Part shown: one piece after another, positions 27,584-36,653 of the stretch
How positions within the stretch are numbered: position 1 is the stretch's first letter
How the letters are laid out: every line of letters begins with the position of its first letter
Source: Chloroflexota bacterium
Lineage (GTDB): Bacteria > Chloroflexota > Limnocylindria > P2-11E > CF-107
Assembly (NCBI GenBank): GCA_005881435.1
Contig: VBHP01000029.1
Coordinates: forward strand, 816 to 64,815
Direction: 5' to 3'
Length of the DNA stretch: 64,000 nucleotides
Translations under genes and position numbers: made by a program
Notes under the pieces: generated by a model
What the model saw: only the letters and a program-made list of their open reading frames with translations
The model's database searches: none
What the model was told of the DNA's origin: nothing

Positions 27584-28093
27584 TCAATCGAAGTGATAGT
27601 TGACCGTGTAGGTCCCGCCGGTGCCGATCGCGCTGAATGTGCCCTGGCCATGAAGATCGGACAGGCCCGCGGTCCCGTTCTGGAGGACGAACTGCCCGTC
27701 GAGAGTGGCGGTGGCGCCCGTTCCGCTGCCCGTGCCCTCGAATCGGATCTGGATCGTCCCGCTGTTACCGCCGATCGTGCAGACGCACGTCACCAGGCCG
27801 CGGCTGTTCGTCTCGCCATTCGCGTGGGTCACCGTCCGCTGTCGCAGCGAGAACGCGCCACTCAGCGCGCCGCCAAGGACGCCCGGGGCAGTCGTCTCGG
27901 TGATGGTGTTTCCGTCCGCCGTGCGTGTCGACGTCACCGTCGGCGCGGCGGTGAACGCGAAGATGCCGCTGCCGTGCGTGGGTGTGCTCGCACCCGCGGA
28001 TCCCGACAGCATGGCGAAGGACATCGCCGCCGTCGCAACGACCACGGCGAGCTGGCGGATGCGTTCGTGAATCGCGACCCTTCTCATCGTCAT
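27584..28093 (-). CDS. Secreted beta-barrel protein (DUF3224/AOC-barrel-like)
   Basis: Signal peptide; Thr/Gly-rich strands; C-terminal GTAGLSDLHGQG motif; upstream TTGACG...TAGTCT and GAGGGGG SD. Confidence 0.7.
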   Translation of the reverse strand: MTMRRVAIHERIRQLAVVVATAAMSFAMLSGSAGASTPTHGSGIFAFTAAPTVTSTRTADGNTITETTAPGVLGGALSGAFSLRQRTVTHANGETNSRGLVTCVCTIGGNSGTIQIRFEGTGSGTGATATLDGQFVLQNGTAGLSDLHGQGTFSAIGTGGTYTVNYHFD

Positions 28094-28207
28094 TCCCCCT
28101 CGGCGCGAAATTGACCGCCGGAGACTAGTCCTGCCGTCACGCCCGTCAACCGCTCGCGAGGTTCGACCGGCTTTGTCGCCGCGGATACCCTCTCACTCGG
28201 ACGATCG

Positions 28208-29119
28208 ATGACGGACAACACCTCCGATATGAAGCTCGGCACAGCGCCGATCAGCTGGGGCGTCTGCGAGCTGCCCGATTGGGGCGAGGTGCTGCCGTAC
28301 GCCCGCGTGCTGGATGAGATGTCCGACCTCGGCTACACCGGGACGGAGCTCGGCCCGTGGGGCTATCTGCCGCAGGACCCGGCCAAGCTCGGACGCGAGC
28401 TTCACGCACACGAGCTCGCGCTCGCGGGGGCGTTCTGCCCGGTCACGCTGCACGATCCGTCGCGCTATCAAGATCAGCTGCGCTATGCCATGGATACCGC
28501 CCGTCTGTTGTCGGACCTCGGCGCGCCAGTGCTCGTCCTGGCGGAGGCCGGCGACGCCGGGCGCGAGGGGATCGCCGGTCGGGTTCGGCTCGACGACGCG
28601 CACTTCTCGGAGTCGGAGTGGACGCGTTTCGCCGAAGGAGCGAACGAGATCGCGCGACGCGCGAAAGCGCTGGGTCTCGAAACCGCGTTCCATCCGCATG
28701 CGGGCACGTACGTCGAGACCCCGGGCGAGATCGACGAGCTCCTTCGCCGGACCGATCCGTCGCTGGTGGGACTCTGTCTGGATACAGGCCATATCGCATA
28801 CGGCGGCGGCGACCCGCTGGCCCTGGCGCGGCGCGATCCGAAGCGCGTCCGCCACGTCCATCTCAAGGACATCTATCGCGATCGGTACGAGCGCGCGCTG
28901 TCGCGGAAGCTCGACTTCACCGCCGCGGTCGGCGAGGACGTCTTCGCTCCGGTCGGCGATGGCTTCATCGACATGAAGGGTGTGCTGCGGTCGCTCCGCG
29001 ACTCGGGCTATCAGGGCTGGCTCATCGTCGAGCAGGACATCCGCATCGCGCCGCGGAGCGGACGGGAGCCCAAGCTCGACGCGGCCAAGAGCTACGCGTT
29101 CATCACGCGTCAGCTGTGA
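28208..29119 (+). CDS. iolE: Myo-inosose-2 dehydratase (IolE/MocC)
   Basis: APISWGVCE, TELGP, FHPHAGTYVE, CLDTGH, HLKD and VEQD motifs. Confidence 0.85.
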   Translation: MTDNTSDMKLGTAPISWGVCELPDWGEVLPYARVLDEMSDLGYTGTELGPWGYLPQDPAKLGRELHAHELALAGAFCPVTLHDPSRYQDQLRYAMDTARLLSDLGAPVLVLAEAGDAGREGIAGRVRLDDAHFSESEWTRFAEGANEIARRAKALGLETAFHPHAGTYVETPGEIDELLRRTDPSLVGLCLDTGHIAYGGGDPLALARRDPKRVRHVHLKDIYRDRYERALSRKLDFTAAVGEDVFAPVGDGFIDMKGVLRSLRDSGYQGWLIVEQDIRIAPRSGREPKLDAAKSYAFITRQL

Positions 29120-30123
29120 GCGCTCCGCGCATCGGCGTCGCCGTCATCGGCGTCGGCGCGATGGGCGAGCAGCACGCGACGAACGCGGCGCTACACGTGC
29201 CGGGCGCGACGCTCGTGGCGGTGTTCGATGCCGATCGCGCGGCGGCGACGCGCGTTGCGGCCGACCTCGGGGCCGAGCCGTGCGCCTCGCTCGAGGCGCT
29301 CGTGTCCCGAGACGACGTGCAGGTCGTCGTGATCGCCACGCCATCGCGCTTTCACGCCGATCACGCCGTGGTCTCGCTCGCCGCCGGCAAGGACACCTTG
29401 CTCGAAAAGCCGATGGCGCATTCGCTGGCGGATTGCGATCGCATCGTCGCGGCAGCTGAGCGCGCCAAGGCGCGTCTGCAGATCGGCTTCATGCGCCGGT
29501 ACGATCCCGCGTACGCCGAAGCGAAGCGCCTCATCACTTCGGGCGCATTCGGCGAGCCGCTGCTCTTCCGCGCCGTCCACCGCGACCGCGAAGCCACGCC
29601 GACATCGGTGGAAGCCGGCGTGCGCGCCTTGATGTTCGAGTCGGCGATCCACGACTTCGACCTGTCGCGGTTCTTGCTCGGCGACGACATCGCCACGGTC
29701 TCGACCACGGTGGCGGTGCTGAGTCAGGGCCCCGATGCACAGGGCCGTGTGCCGACGGCGGCCTTGAACACCGTGATCTACCGCCGCGGCGCGCTGGCCG
29801 GCATCGAGACGTACTGGGGCGCCCAGTACGCCTACGACGTGCGCACCGAGGTCATCTGCGCGGCCGGAACGGTGATGATCGGACAGCAGCAGCGCACCCG
29901 GCTCGACGTCTACGTCGAGGGTCACGCACGCCACGACCTCTTCACCGATTGGCGTGAGCGTTTCCGCGATGCCTATCGCGCCGAGCTCACCGACTTCGTC
30001 GGCGGCGCCACCGATCGCCGGCCCCCGGCGGTGACCGGGGCCGACGGCCGCGCCGCGGTCGCTGCCGCTCTCGCCGGTATCGCCGCGCACGCCAGCGGTC
30101 GCGCCGAGCGCGTCCCGGCCTAG
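29116..30123 (+). CDS. Gfo/Idh/MocA oxidoreductase (second inositol-isomer dehydrogenase)
   Basis: GVGAMG, LEKP, GFMRRYD, IHDFD and YDVRTE motifs; GTGA overlap with iolE. Confidence 0.85.
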   Translation: MSAPRIGVAVIGVGAMGEQHATNAALHVPGATLVAVFDADRAAATRVAADLGAEPCASLEALVSRDDVQVVVIATPSRFHADHAVVSLAAGKDTLLEKPMAHSLADCDRIVAAAERAKARLQIGFMRRYDPAYAEAKRLITSGAFGEPLLFRAVHRDREATPTSVEAGVRALMFESAIHDFDLSRFLLGDDIATVSTTVAVLSQGPDAQGRVPTAALNTVIYRRGALAGIETYWGAQYAYDVRTEVICAAGTVMIGQQQRTRLDVYVEGHARHDLFTDWRERFRDAYRAELTDFVGGATDRRPPAVTGADGRAAVAAALAGIAAHASGRAERVPA

Positions 30124-30824
30124 TGCTCAAGATCGGTCACCGCGGCGCTGCCGCGTATGCACCGGAGAACACCCTCACGTCGTTCCGCCGCGCGGTCGAG
30201 CTTGGCGCCGACGGCGTCGAGTTCGATCTGCATCGCGCGCGCGACGGCACCTTCGTGGTGCTGCACGACGACACCGTCGATCGCACCACCGATGGCCATG
30301 GCAAGGTCGAGGCACTGACCGTCGCCGAGCTGCGCCGGTTTGACGCCGGATCGTGGAAGGGCCGGGAGTTCGCGGGCGAGCGGATCCCGACCTTCGACGA
30401 GGTGATCGCCGCCGTTCCCCAGCGCATCCTGCTCTTCGCCGAACTCAAGGACGGTTCGGCCCGGTCCCCCGGGATCGAGGACGCGCTGGCTCGCTTCATC
30501 CGCGAGCGCGGGGTCGTCGAGCGCGTGCGGGTCTCGTCCTTCGACCACCGCGCGCTGGCGCGCCTGCGACCTCTCGTGCCCGACCTCGAGACGGGCGCGC
30601 TCTTTACCGGTCTTCCGGTGGACCTGGTCGCCCTGGCCCGGAACGCCGCCGCGCAGGCGGTCCATCCCAGCTTCCATTACCTGACGCGCGAGGCGGTCGA
30701 GGAGGCGCACCGCGCCGGTCTGGCCGTCAACGCTTGGACGGTCAACGAGCCCGAAGACATCGAGGCGGTCCGCGGGATGGGCGTCGACGGCATCTTCTCC
30801 GACCACCCAGACAGGCTTAGGTAG
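30123..30824 (+). CDS. Glycerophosphodiester phosphodiesterase (UgpQ/GlpQ-like)
   Basis: GHRGA, PENT, EFD, HD, ELK, SSF and WTVN motifs; TAGTG overlap. Confidence 0.92.
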   Translation: MLKIGHRGAAAYAPENTLTSFRRAVELGADGVEFDLHRARDGTFVVLHDDTVDRTTDGHGKVEALTVAELRRFDAGSWKGREFAGERIPTFDEVIAAVPQRILLFAELKDGSARSPGIEDALARFIRERGVVERVRVSSFDHRALARLRPLVPDLETGALFTGLPVDLVALARNAAAQAVHPSFHYLTREAVEEAHRAGLAVNAWTVNEPEDIEAVRGMGVDGIFSDHPDRLR

Positions 30825-30903
30825 CACTGAAGCCCACCGTCGGGTGAGCCTTCTCACTCGGTCGAGCCAAGAATCAAAGGAGCGATGCGTTCACCGTAGC
30901 GCG

Positions 30904-31317
30904 ATGATCCGCGTGCTCATCGTGGACGACCACGATGGCGTTCGAACCGCCACCCGCCTCATCCTCGGATTCGAGACGGACCTGCAGGTCGTCGGCGACG
31001 CCCCCAACGGTCTCGCCGGCCTGCGTCTGGCGCGAGAGCTGCGCCCCGACATCATGGTGCTCGACCTCAGCATGCCGGGTATGGACGGGTTCGACGTCAT
31101 GCGGCAGCTCGCGGCGATGAAGACTGATATCCGTGTGGTGATCCTGAGCGGCGACACGGCCATGCGCTCGGCCGCGCTGGCTTGCGGCGCCGCCCACTTC
31201 GTGGCCAAGGGCTGCGCCGGCGCCGAGCTCGCCGGGGCGGTCCGCCAGGCCTACGAGTCACGCAAGCGTCCCGTGTCCACGCTGGCGATCACCGCGCCGC
31301 TGCCGCACGCCGTCTAG
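30904..31317 (+). CDS. Stand-alone response regulator receiver domain
   Basis: LIVDDH, VLDLSMP, ILS and FVAK motifs; no output domain. Confidence 0.85.
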   Translation: MIRVLIVDDHDGVRTATRLILGFETDLQVVGDAPNGLAGLRLARELRPDIMVLDLSMPGMDGFDVMRQLAAMKTDIRVVILSGDTAMRSAALACGAAHFVAKGCAGAELAGAVRQAYESRKRPVSTLAITAPLPHAV

Positions 31318-31356
31318 CGACCGCAGCGCACTCCGACCCCTCGGTATCCTCGCGTG

Positions 31357-32238
31357 GTGGTCGCGCGGAACTCGGCGTATCTCATCGGGCTCACACCGGC
31401 CGCGCTGCTGCTGTCGCTCTTCTTCGTCGGACCGGCGCTATGGGCGGCCTACTCCAGCCTGACCAACCTCGCTCTCGTCGGCATCGATGCCGCGAATCCG
31501 CGCTTCATCGGACTCGACAACTACGCCCGGCTGTTCAGCGACCCCGATTTCTGGCAGGTCATTCGCAACTCCGTGACCTTCGTCGTCGGATCGGCGGTGA
31601 TCGGCCAGTTCGGCCTGGGCCTCGGGCTCGCGCTGCTCATCGACCACGCCGAGCGACGGCGCTGGTGGTTCGCTACGGTCGCGTACGCCGCCGTCCTTCT
31701 GGCCTGGGTCAACCCGACGCTGATCGCGGGTTTTCTGTGGGTGGCGATGTACGACTTCTTCTTCGGCTCGCTCAACCACGTGTTCCTGAGCGCGCTGGGT
31801 CTGCCGCCTGTCGACTGGCTGGGATCGTTCCCGATGCCGGCGGTGATCGTCGCGAACGTCTGGCGCGGCACCGCCTTCACCATGATCATCTTTCTCGGCG
31901 CGCTCAAGACGATCCCGCCCGACATCTATGAGGCCGCGCGTATCGACGGCGCCGGCACGTGGCGTCGCTTCTGGGACCACACCATCCCCAGCCTTCGTCC
32001 GATCGTCGCGCTGACGCTCCTGTCGATCACGATGTCGACGTTCGGCACGTTCATCGTCATCCAGGCCCTGACGAACGGCGGACCCGGTATCGCCACCGAG
32101 GTCATCGCGCTGTACGCCTTCGACAGCGCGTTCAAGTCCTTCTCCATCGGCTACGGGTCGGCGATCGCCGCGGTGATGCTGGCGCTGAATCTGGTCTTCG
32201 CCGTCGTGTACCTGCGCTGGTCGAGGGCGCGAGCGTGA
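31357..32238 (+). CDS. Carbohydrate ABC permease (MalF/UgpA-like)
   Basis: FIGLDNY, EAARIDGA and LTNGGPG motifs; TATCCT-N6-GTG. Confidence 0.9.
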   Translation: MVARNSAYLIGLTPAALLLSLFFVGPALWAAYSSLTNLALVGIDAANPRFIGLDNYARLFSDPDFWQVIRNSVTFVVGSAVIGQFGLGLGLALLIDHAERRRWWFATVAYAAVLLAWVNPTLIAGFLWVAMYDFFFGSLNHVFLSALGLPPVDWLGSFPMPAVIVANVWRGTAFTMIIFLGALKTIPPDIYEAARIDGAGTWRRFWDHTIPSLRPIVALTLLSITMSTFGTFIVIQALTNGGPGIATEVIALYAFDSAFKSFSIGYGSAIAAVMLALNLVFAVVYLRWSRARA

Positions 32239-33113
32239 CGCCGCGGGCCGAAACGACGGTGGCCAGGACGGTCGCCGCGCCGAGAGGCGCTTCGTGGCTC
32301 GAGACCATCGCCGTCCACGCGGTGTTCGCGCTGGTGGTCGTGTTCTTCCTGGCGCCGTTCGTCTGGCTCTTCACCGCGGCGTTCGACGGGCGCGCGCAGG
32401 CCTACATCCGGCTTCCGGAGCAGCCGACGGTAGACAACTTCGCGCGCATCTTCACCGAGCACGACTTCGCACGCGCGCTCGGCAACTCCGTGCTCGTCGC
32501 GGGCGCGACGATGCTGCTCGACGTGGTCGCGGTCTCGCTGGCGGGATATTCCCTGTCGCGCCTCGACCTGCGCTTCAAGTCCTGGATCACCTACGCCGTG
32601 CTGCTGCTGCAGACCATGCCGCTGTCGGCGACGATGGTGCCGATTTACGGACTCGCGCAGGCGCTCGGACTGCGCAACTCATATCTCGGCCTCATCCTCA
32701 TCCACGCCGCCATCGAGCTGCCCTTCCTGATCTGGCTGATGAAGGGGTTCTTCGACGGCGTGCCGCGGTACCTGGAGGAGGCGGCGTGGCTGGACGGGCG
32801 CTCCAAGCTTCGCGCGCTGATCGAGATCGTGCTGCCGGTGGCGCGGAACGGCATCGGCGTGGTCGCCGGCCTGTCGTTCCTCGCGGCCTGGTCCGAGGTC
32901 CTGATGATGATCATCCTCATCGACAAGCAAGATCTGAAGACCGTGCCACTCGCGTTCTATGAGGTGCTTCGGACTCGCGGCGGGTACACCGAGGTGCAGT
33001 ACGGTCTTATCGCCGCCATGGGTGTGCTGTACGCGGTGCCGGTCATGGCCATTTTCTTCGCTACTCGCCGGATGATGGTGCGCGGTCTGATCGCGACCTC
33101 GAGGGGTCTCTAA
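32235..33113 (+). CDS. Carbohydrate ABC permease (MalG/UgpE-like)
   Basis: LEEAAWLDG loop; GTGA overlap. Confidence 0.9.
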   Translation: MTPRAETTVARTVAAPRGASWLETIAVHAVFALVVVFFLAPFVWLFTAAFDGRAQAYIRLPEQPTVDNFARIFTEHDFARALGNSVLVAGATMLLDVVAVSLAGYSLSRLDLRFKSWITYAVLLLQTMPLSATMVPIYGLAQALGLRNSYLGLILIHAAIELPFLIWLMKGFFDGVPRYLEEAAWLDGRSKLRALIEIVLPVARNGIGVVAGLSFLAAWSEVLMMIILIDKQDLKTVPLAFYEVLRTRGGYTEVQYGLIAAMGVLYAVPVMAIFFATRRMMVRGLIATSRGL

Positions 33114-33117
33114 GATC

Positions 33118-34179
33118 GTGGCGCGGGTCGAGTACGAGAACGTCTCCAAGCGCTTTCCGACGCAGGACCGCGCGGCGATCGACGACTTCACACTCGACGT
33201 CGCCGACGGCGAGCTGCTCGTGCTGCTGGGACCGTCCGGCTGCGGTAAGACCACCGCGCTGCGCATGCTCGCGGGTCTGGAGCACCCCGACTCCGGCGAC
33301 ATCCGCATCGACGGCAAGAGCGTCGTCGGCCTCGAGCCAAAGGACCGCGACGTCGCGCTGGTGTTCCAGAGCTACGCGCTCTATCCGCACATGAGCGCGA
33401 AAGACAACATTCGCTATCCGCTTCGGGTCAAGCACATGAACGAGGCCGAGCGCGAGCGCCGCGTCGGCCAGGTCGCGGAGATGCTGTCGCTCACGGCGCT
33501 GCTGGAGCGGCGTCCCGCCAGACTTTCCGGCGGCGAGCAGCAGCGAGTGGCGCTGGCGCGTGCGATCGTGCGTCAGCCGCGGGTGTTCCTGATGGACGAG
33601 CCGCTGTCGAATCTCGATGCCAAGCTGCGGACGCACACCCGGACCGAGCTGAAGGCGCTGCAGCGGCAGCTCGGCACCACGACGGTGTTCGTGACGCACG
33701 ATCAAGCCGAGGCCATGACGCTCGCCGACCGCATCGCGGTGATGGACCGCGGGCGGCTGTTGCAGCTCGGCACGCCCGACGATCTGTACCTCCGGCCGGT
33801 GAACCTCTTCGTGGCGCAGTTCATCGGCAGCCCGCCGATGAACATCCTCGCCGCCGAGGTCCGTGACGGCGCTCTCCTCGCGGAGGGGACGTGGCGCTTG
33901 CCGCTGCCACGCGGAATCGCGGCGAAGTCGGTGAGTGTTGGCATCCGGCCCGAAGGCATCGAGCTCGACGAGAGCTCCACGGACGCCCAGGTCGGCGAGG
34001 TGCTTGTTTCCGAGCCCCTGGGTAGCGAGACCATCGTCGACGTCAAGGTCGGCGGGGCGCTGGTGAAGGTCCGCGCCGCGCCGCAGGTCCGTCCCGATCC
34101 CGGCACGCGCGTGCATCTGCGCGTCGATCCCAGCGCCATCCGTCTCTTCGATACGGCAAGCGGCTCCGCGATCGCGTGA
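33118..34179 (+). CDS. Sugar ABC ATP-binding protein (MalK/UgpC-like)
   Basis: GPSGCGKT, VFQSYALYPHM and FIGSPPMN motifs. Confidence 0.92.
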   Translation: MARVEYENVSKRFPTQDRAAIDDFTLDVADGELLVLLGPSGCGKTTALRMLAGLEHPDSGDIRIDGKSVVGLEPKDRDVALVFQSYALYPHMSAKDNIRYPLRVKHMNEAERERRVGQVAEMLSLTALLERRPARLSGGEQQRVALARAIVRQPRVFLMDEPLSNLDAKLRTHTRTELKALQRQLGTTTVFVTHDQAEAMTLADRIAVMDRGRLLQLGTPDDLYLRPVNLFVAQFIGSPPMNILAAEVRDGALLAEGTWRLPLPRGIAAKSVSVGIRPEGIELDESSTDAQVGEVLVSEPLGSETIVDVKVGGALVKVRAAPQVRPDPGTRVHLRVDPSAIRLFDTASGSAIA

Positions 34180-35528
34180 CGCGCGGCCACGACGTCGTCC
34201 TCACCGGACGGTTCGAAGAAACGGACGTCAAGCGCTACTTCCATCTGCCCTTCGCCGTGCCGGCGGGAGTCCGGCAGCTCCACGTGCGGTACTCGTACAA
34301 CGACCAGATCGACAGCGACCCGCTCATCGGCGGCGGCAACACGCTCGACATCGGAATCTTCGACGAACGCGGTATCGCGCCATCGTCACCCGGTTATCGC
34401 GGCTGGAGCGGGAGCGAAAAGCTGGAGTTCACCATCGACGCCGAGTGGGCCACGCCGCCGTACCGCGCCGGGCCGATCGGCGCGGGCACGTGGCACGTGA
34501 TGCTGGGGCCGTACAAGGTCGGCCCGCGTGGGTGCGACTACCGCGTCGAGATCCGCTTCGACGCCGGCCGGCCGCGTGAAGACCGCATCGTGCTGCGGCA
34601 CGGACCCCCGCGCCGGCCGCGCCTCCCGGCCGCGGAGCCGGGCTGGATCCGCGGCGACCTGCACTGCCACACCCTGTACTCGGACGGAGATTCATGGCCC
34701 TCGGAGATGCTCGTCGCCGCGGCCGATGCTGGCCTTGCGTTCCTCGGCGCCACGGACCACAACAGCGTCGCGCATCACCCCGAGTACGGCGGCGGGGGCG
34801 GCGCGTTACCGATCGTCGTTCCGGGCGTCGAGATCACCACGTATCACGGCCACTGGAACGCCTGGGGCACCCAACGCTGGTACGACTTTCGCGAGCCGAC
34901 CGCGGCGGGTGTGTCCACCTCGATGCGGCAGGCGCTGGCCGATGGGGCCTTCGTCTCGGTCTGCCATCCGAAACCGTTCGGTCCTCCCTGGGAGTACGCC
35001 GAGACGCGCGGCTTTCCGGCGATCGAGGTGTGGAACGGTCCGTGGGAACGGCTGAACTCGGCATCGCTGGCGTTCTGGGAGGAGCATCTGCGGCGCGGCG
35101 ACAGAGTCGTCGCGCTCGGGGGGAGCGACACGCATCTGCTCCGATCGCCGCATCACGCCAAGCTGGGACAACCGACAACCTGGGTCAGGATCGAAGGCGA
35201 CTGGACAAGCCACGAACCACGTCTCGCGCGCGAGGCCGTCCTCGCCGCGCTCCGCCGCGGCGACGCCTTTCTCTCGGCATCGCCCGCGGGGCCGCAGCTG
35301 TACCTGACGCCTGATCCGCGCGGCGCGCTGCTTCGGGTCCGGAGTGCTGTGGGCACGACGCTGGCCCTCGTCTCGGACGCCGGTTCGATCCACGCCGAGG
35401 CCATTGACTCCGACGAGTACGAGAGACGTTTCGAGCTCTCGCGAGGCATCCGTTACGTCCGCGCTCAGATCCTGGACGGGACCGGTTCGATCCTCGCACT
35501 CACCAACCCGCTGTGGCTGAGCGGCTAG
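34176..35528 (+). CDS. CehA/McbA-family PHP-domain metallohydrolase
   Basis: GDLHCHTLYSDG, TDHN, GVEITT, GHWN, CHP and GGSDTH motifs. Confidence 0.85.
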   Translation: MTRGHDVVLTGRFEETDVKRYFHLPFAVPAGVRQLHVRYSYNDQIDSDPLIGGGNTLDIGIFDERGIAPSSPGYRGWSGSEKLEFTIDAEWATPPYRAGPIGAGTWHVMLGPYKVGPRGCDYRVEIRFDAGRPREDRIVLRHGPPRRPRLPAAEPGWIRGDLHCHTLYSDGDSWPSEMLVAAADAGLAFLGATDHNSVAHHPEYGGGGGALPIVVPGVEITTYHGHWNAWGTQRWYDFREPTAAGVSTSMRQALADGAFVSVCHPKPFGPPWEYAETRGFPAIEVWNGPWERLNSASLAFWEEHLRRGDRVVALGGSDTHLLRSPHHAKLGQPTTWVRIEGDWTSHEPRLAREAVLAALRRGDAFLSASPAGPQLYLTPDPRGALLRVRSAVGTTLALVSDAGSIHAEAIDSDEYERRFELSRGIRYVRAQILDGTGSILALTNPLWLSG

Positions 35529-36651
35529 CGCGGGACCGCGAAGCGGTATGGAGCGCGACGAGCGCCCCCGCGAGCAGCGTCGCGGCCGGACCGAGCACCG
35601 GTACGGCCAGCGACTGCATCGCCAGGCCGATCGCCGGCGGGAACGCGCCGCCGCCGATCGTCCCTGCGGCGAACTGCACGCCGACCGCGCTGGCGGTCGT
35701 GGCCACGCCGACGCGCGCCGGCGTGAACGCGATCAGCACCGGGATGAACACCGACAGTCCGAGCCCCAAGAGCGGGAGCGCCACGAGCGCGGCGATCTCG
35801 GGCGGCAGCAACCAATAGCCGGCCGCTCCGGCGAGCGCCAGCGCGACACTGGCGTCGAGCTCGCGCTGCGGTGAGATGCGATGACCGCCCACGCCGAGCA
35901 GCACGCGTCCGGCGGCGAGCGCGGCGAAGAACAGTGAGACCCCCCAGCCGGCGATGATCCCCGACAGTCCGCGCTCGATGGTGAGGTCGACGTACGCCCA
36001 CTGTCCGGCTGCGGTCTCCAACCCGACGTAGAAGAAGAACATCGCCGCGCCGAGCAGGACGTTGACGCTCGCATCCGGGATCGCGCGGCCTTCACCCTGC
36101 GGTGTCGCGGTTGTCGCGATCCGCTCCGGCCGAAGCAGGTTGAGCAACAGCGCGATCGCGACAAAAGCCAGAGCAGCGCCGACGTACGCCGCACGCCAGG
36201 ACGCGAGCGCCTCGGCAAGACCGACGGTCGCGGGGCCGGTGGCCGCTCCGACGGCCCACGAGGCGTGAAGCACGCCCATCGACCGCACGCCGCCGGCGAG
36301 CGCGACGTGGGTGTTGATGCTGGCGTCAAGGCCAGCTGTGCCGAGTCCGATGAACAGGGCGGCAATGATCGCCTGCGGCCAACTCGCGACCGACGCCAGC
36401 AGGATCAGCCCGATCGCCGCGGTAAACGCGGCCAGCGACGCCAGACGCGACGTCCCGAGCAGGCCCGCCAGCGTCCCGGTGGCCGCGGTCGCGACGAAAT
36501 GGGCCGCGGTCCATGCGGCGACGAGGATCCCGAGTCCCGCCAGCGGCGCGTCGAGGGCGACGCGCATCGCCGGCCACGCCACGCCGAGCATCCCGCTCGG
36601 CAGGCCGAGCACGATGAAGGAGAGGAAGGGGACCGCGTGACGAAGCGCCAG
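35500..36651 (-). CDS. MFS transporter; probable CTG start at 36651 (first canonical start 36612)
   Basis: About 12 hydrophobic segments; LGLP..LGVAWP, DASIN and LHASWAVG motifs. Confidence 0.8.
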   Translation of the reverse strand: MALRHAVPFLSFIVLGLPSGMLGVAWPAMRVALDAPLAGLGILVAAWTAAHFVATAATGTLAGLLGTSRLASLAAFTAAIGLILLASVASWPQAIIAALFIGLGTAGLDASINTHVALAGGVRSMGVLHASWAVGAATGPATVGLAEALASWRAAYVGAALAFVAIALLLNLLRPERIATTATPQGEGRAIPDASVNVLLGAAMFFFYVGLETAAGQWAYVDLTIERGLSGIIAGWGVSLFFAALAAGRVLLGVGGHRISPQRELDASVALALAGAAGYWLLPPEIAALVALPLLGLGLSVFIPVLIAFTPARVGVATTASAVGVQFAAGTIGGGAFPPAIGLAMQSLAVPVLGPAATLLAGALVALHTASRSRASRSATAGW

Positions 36652-36653
36652 CG

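Noticed and set aside
28357-29115. 588-aa ORF suggesting a fused dehydrogenase
   Set aside because: The N-terminal part is an off-frame read of iolE; the real start is GTG 29116. The same applies to the over-long ORF calls for argB, argH, GH57 and the 19975 SBP.
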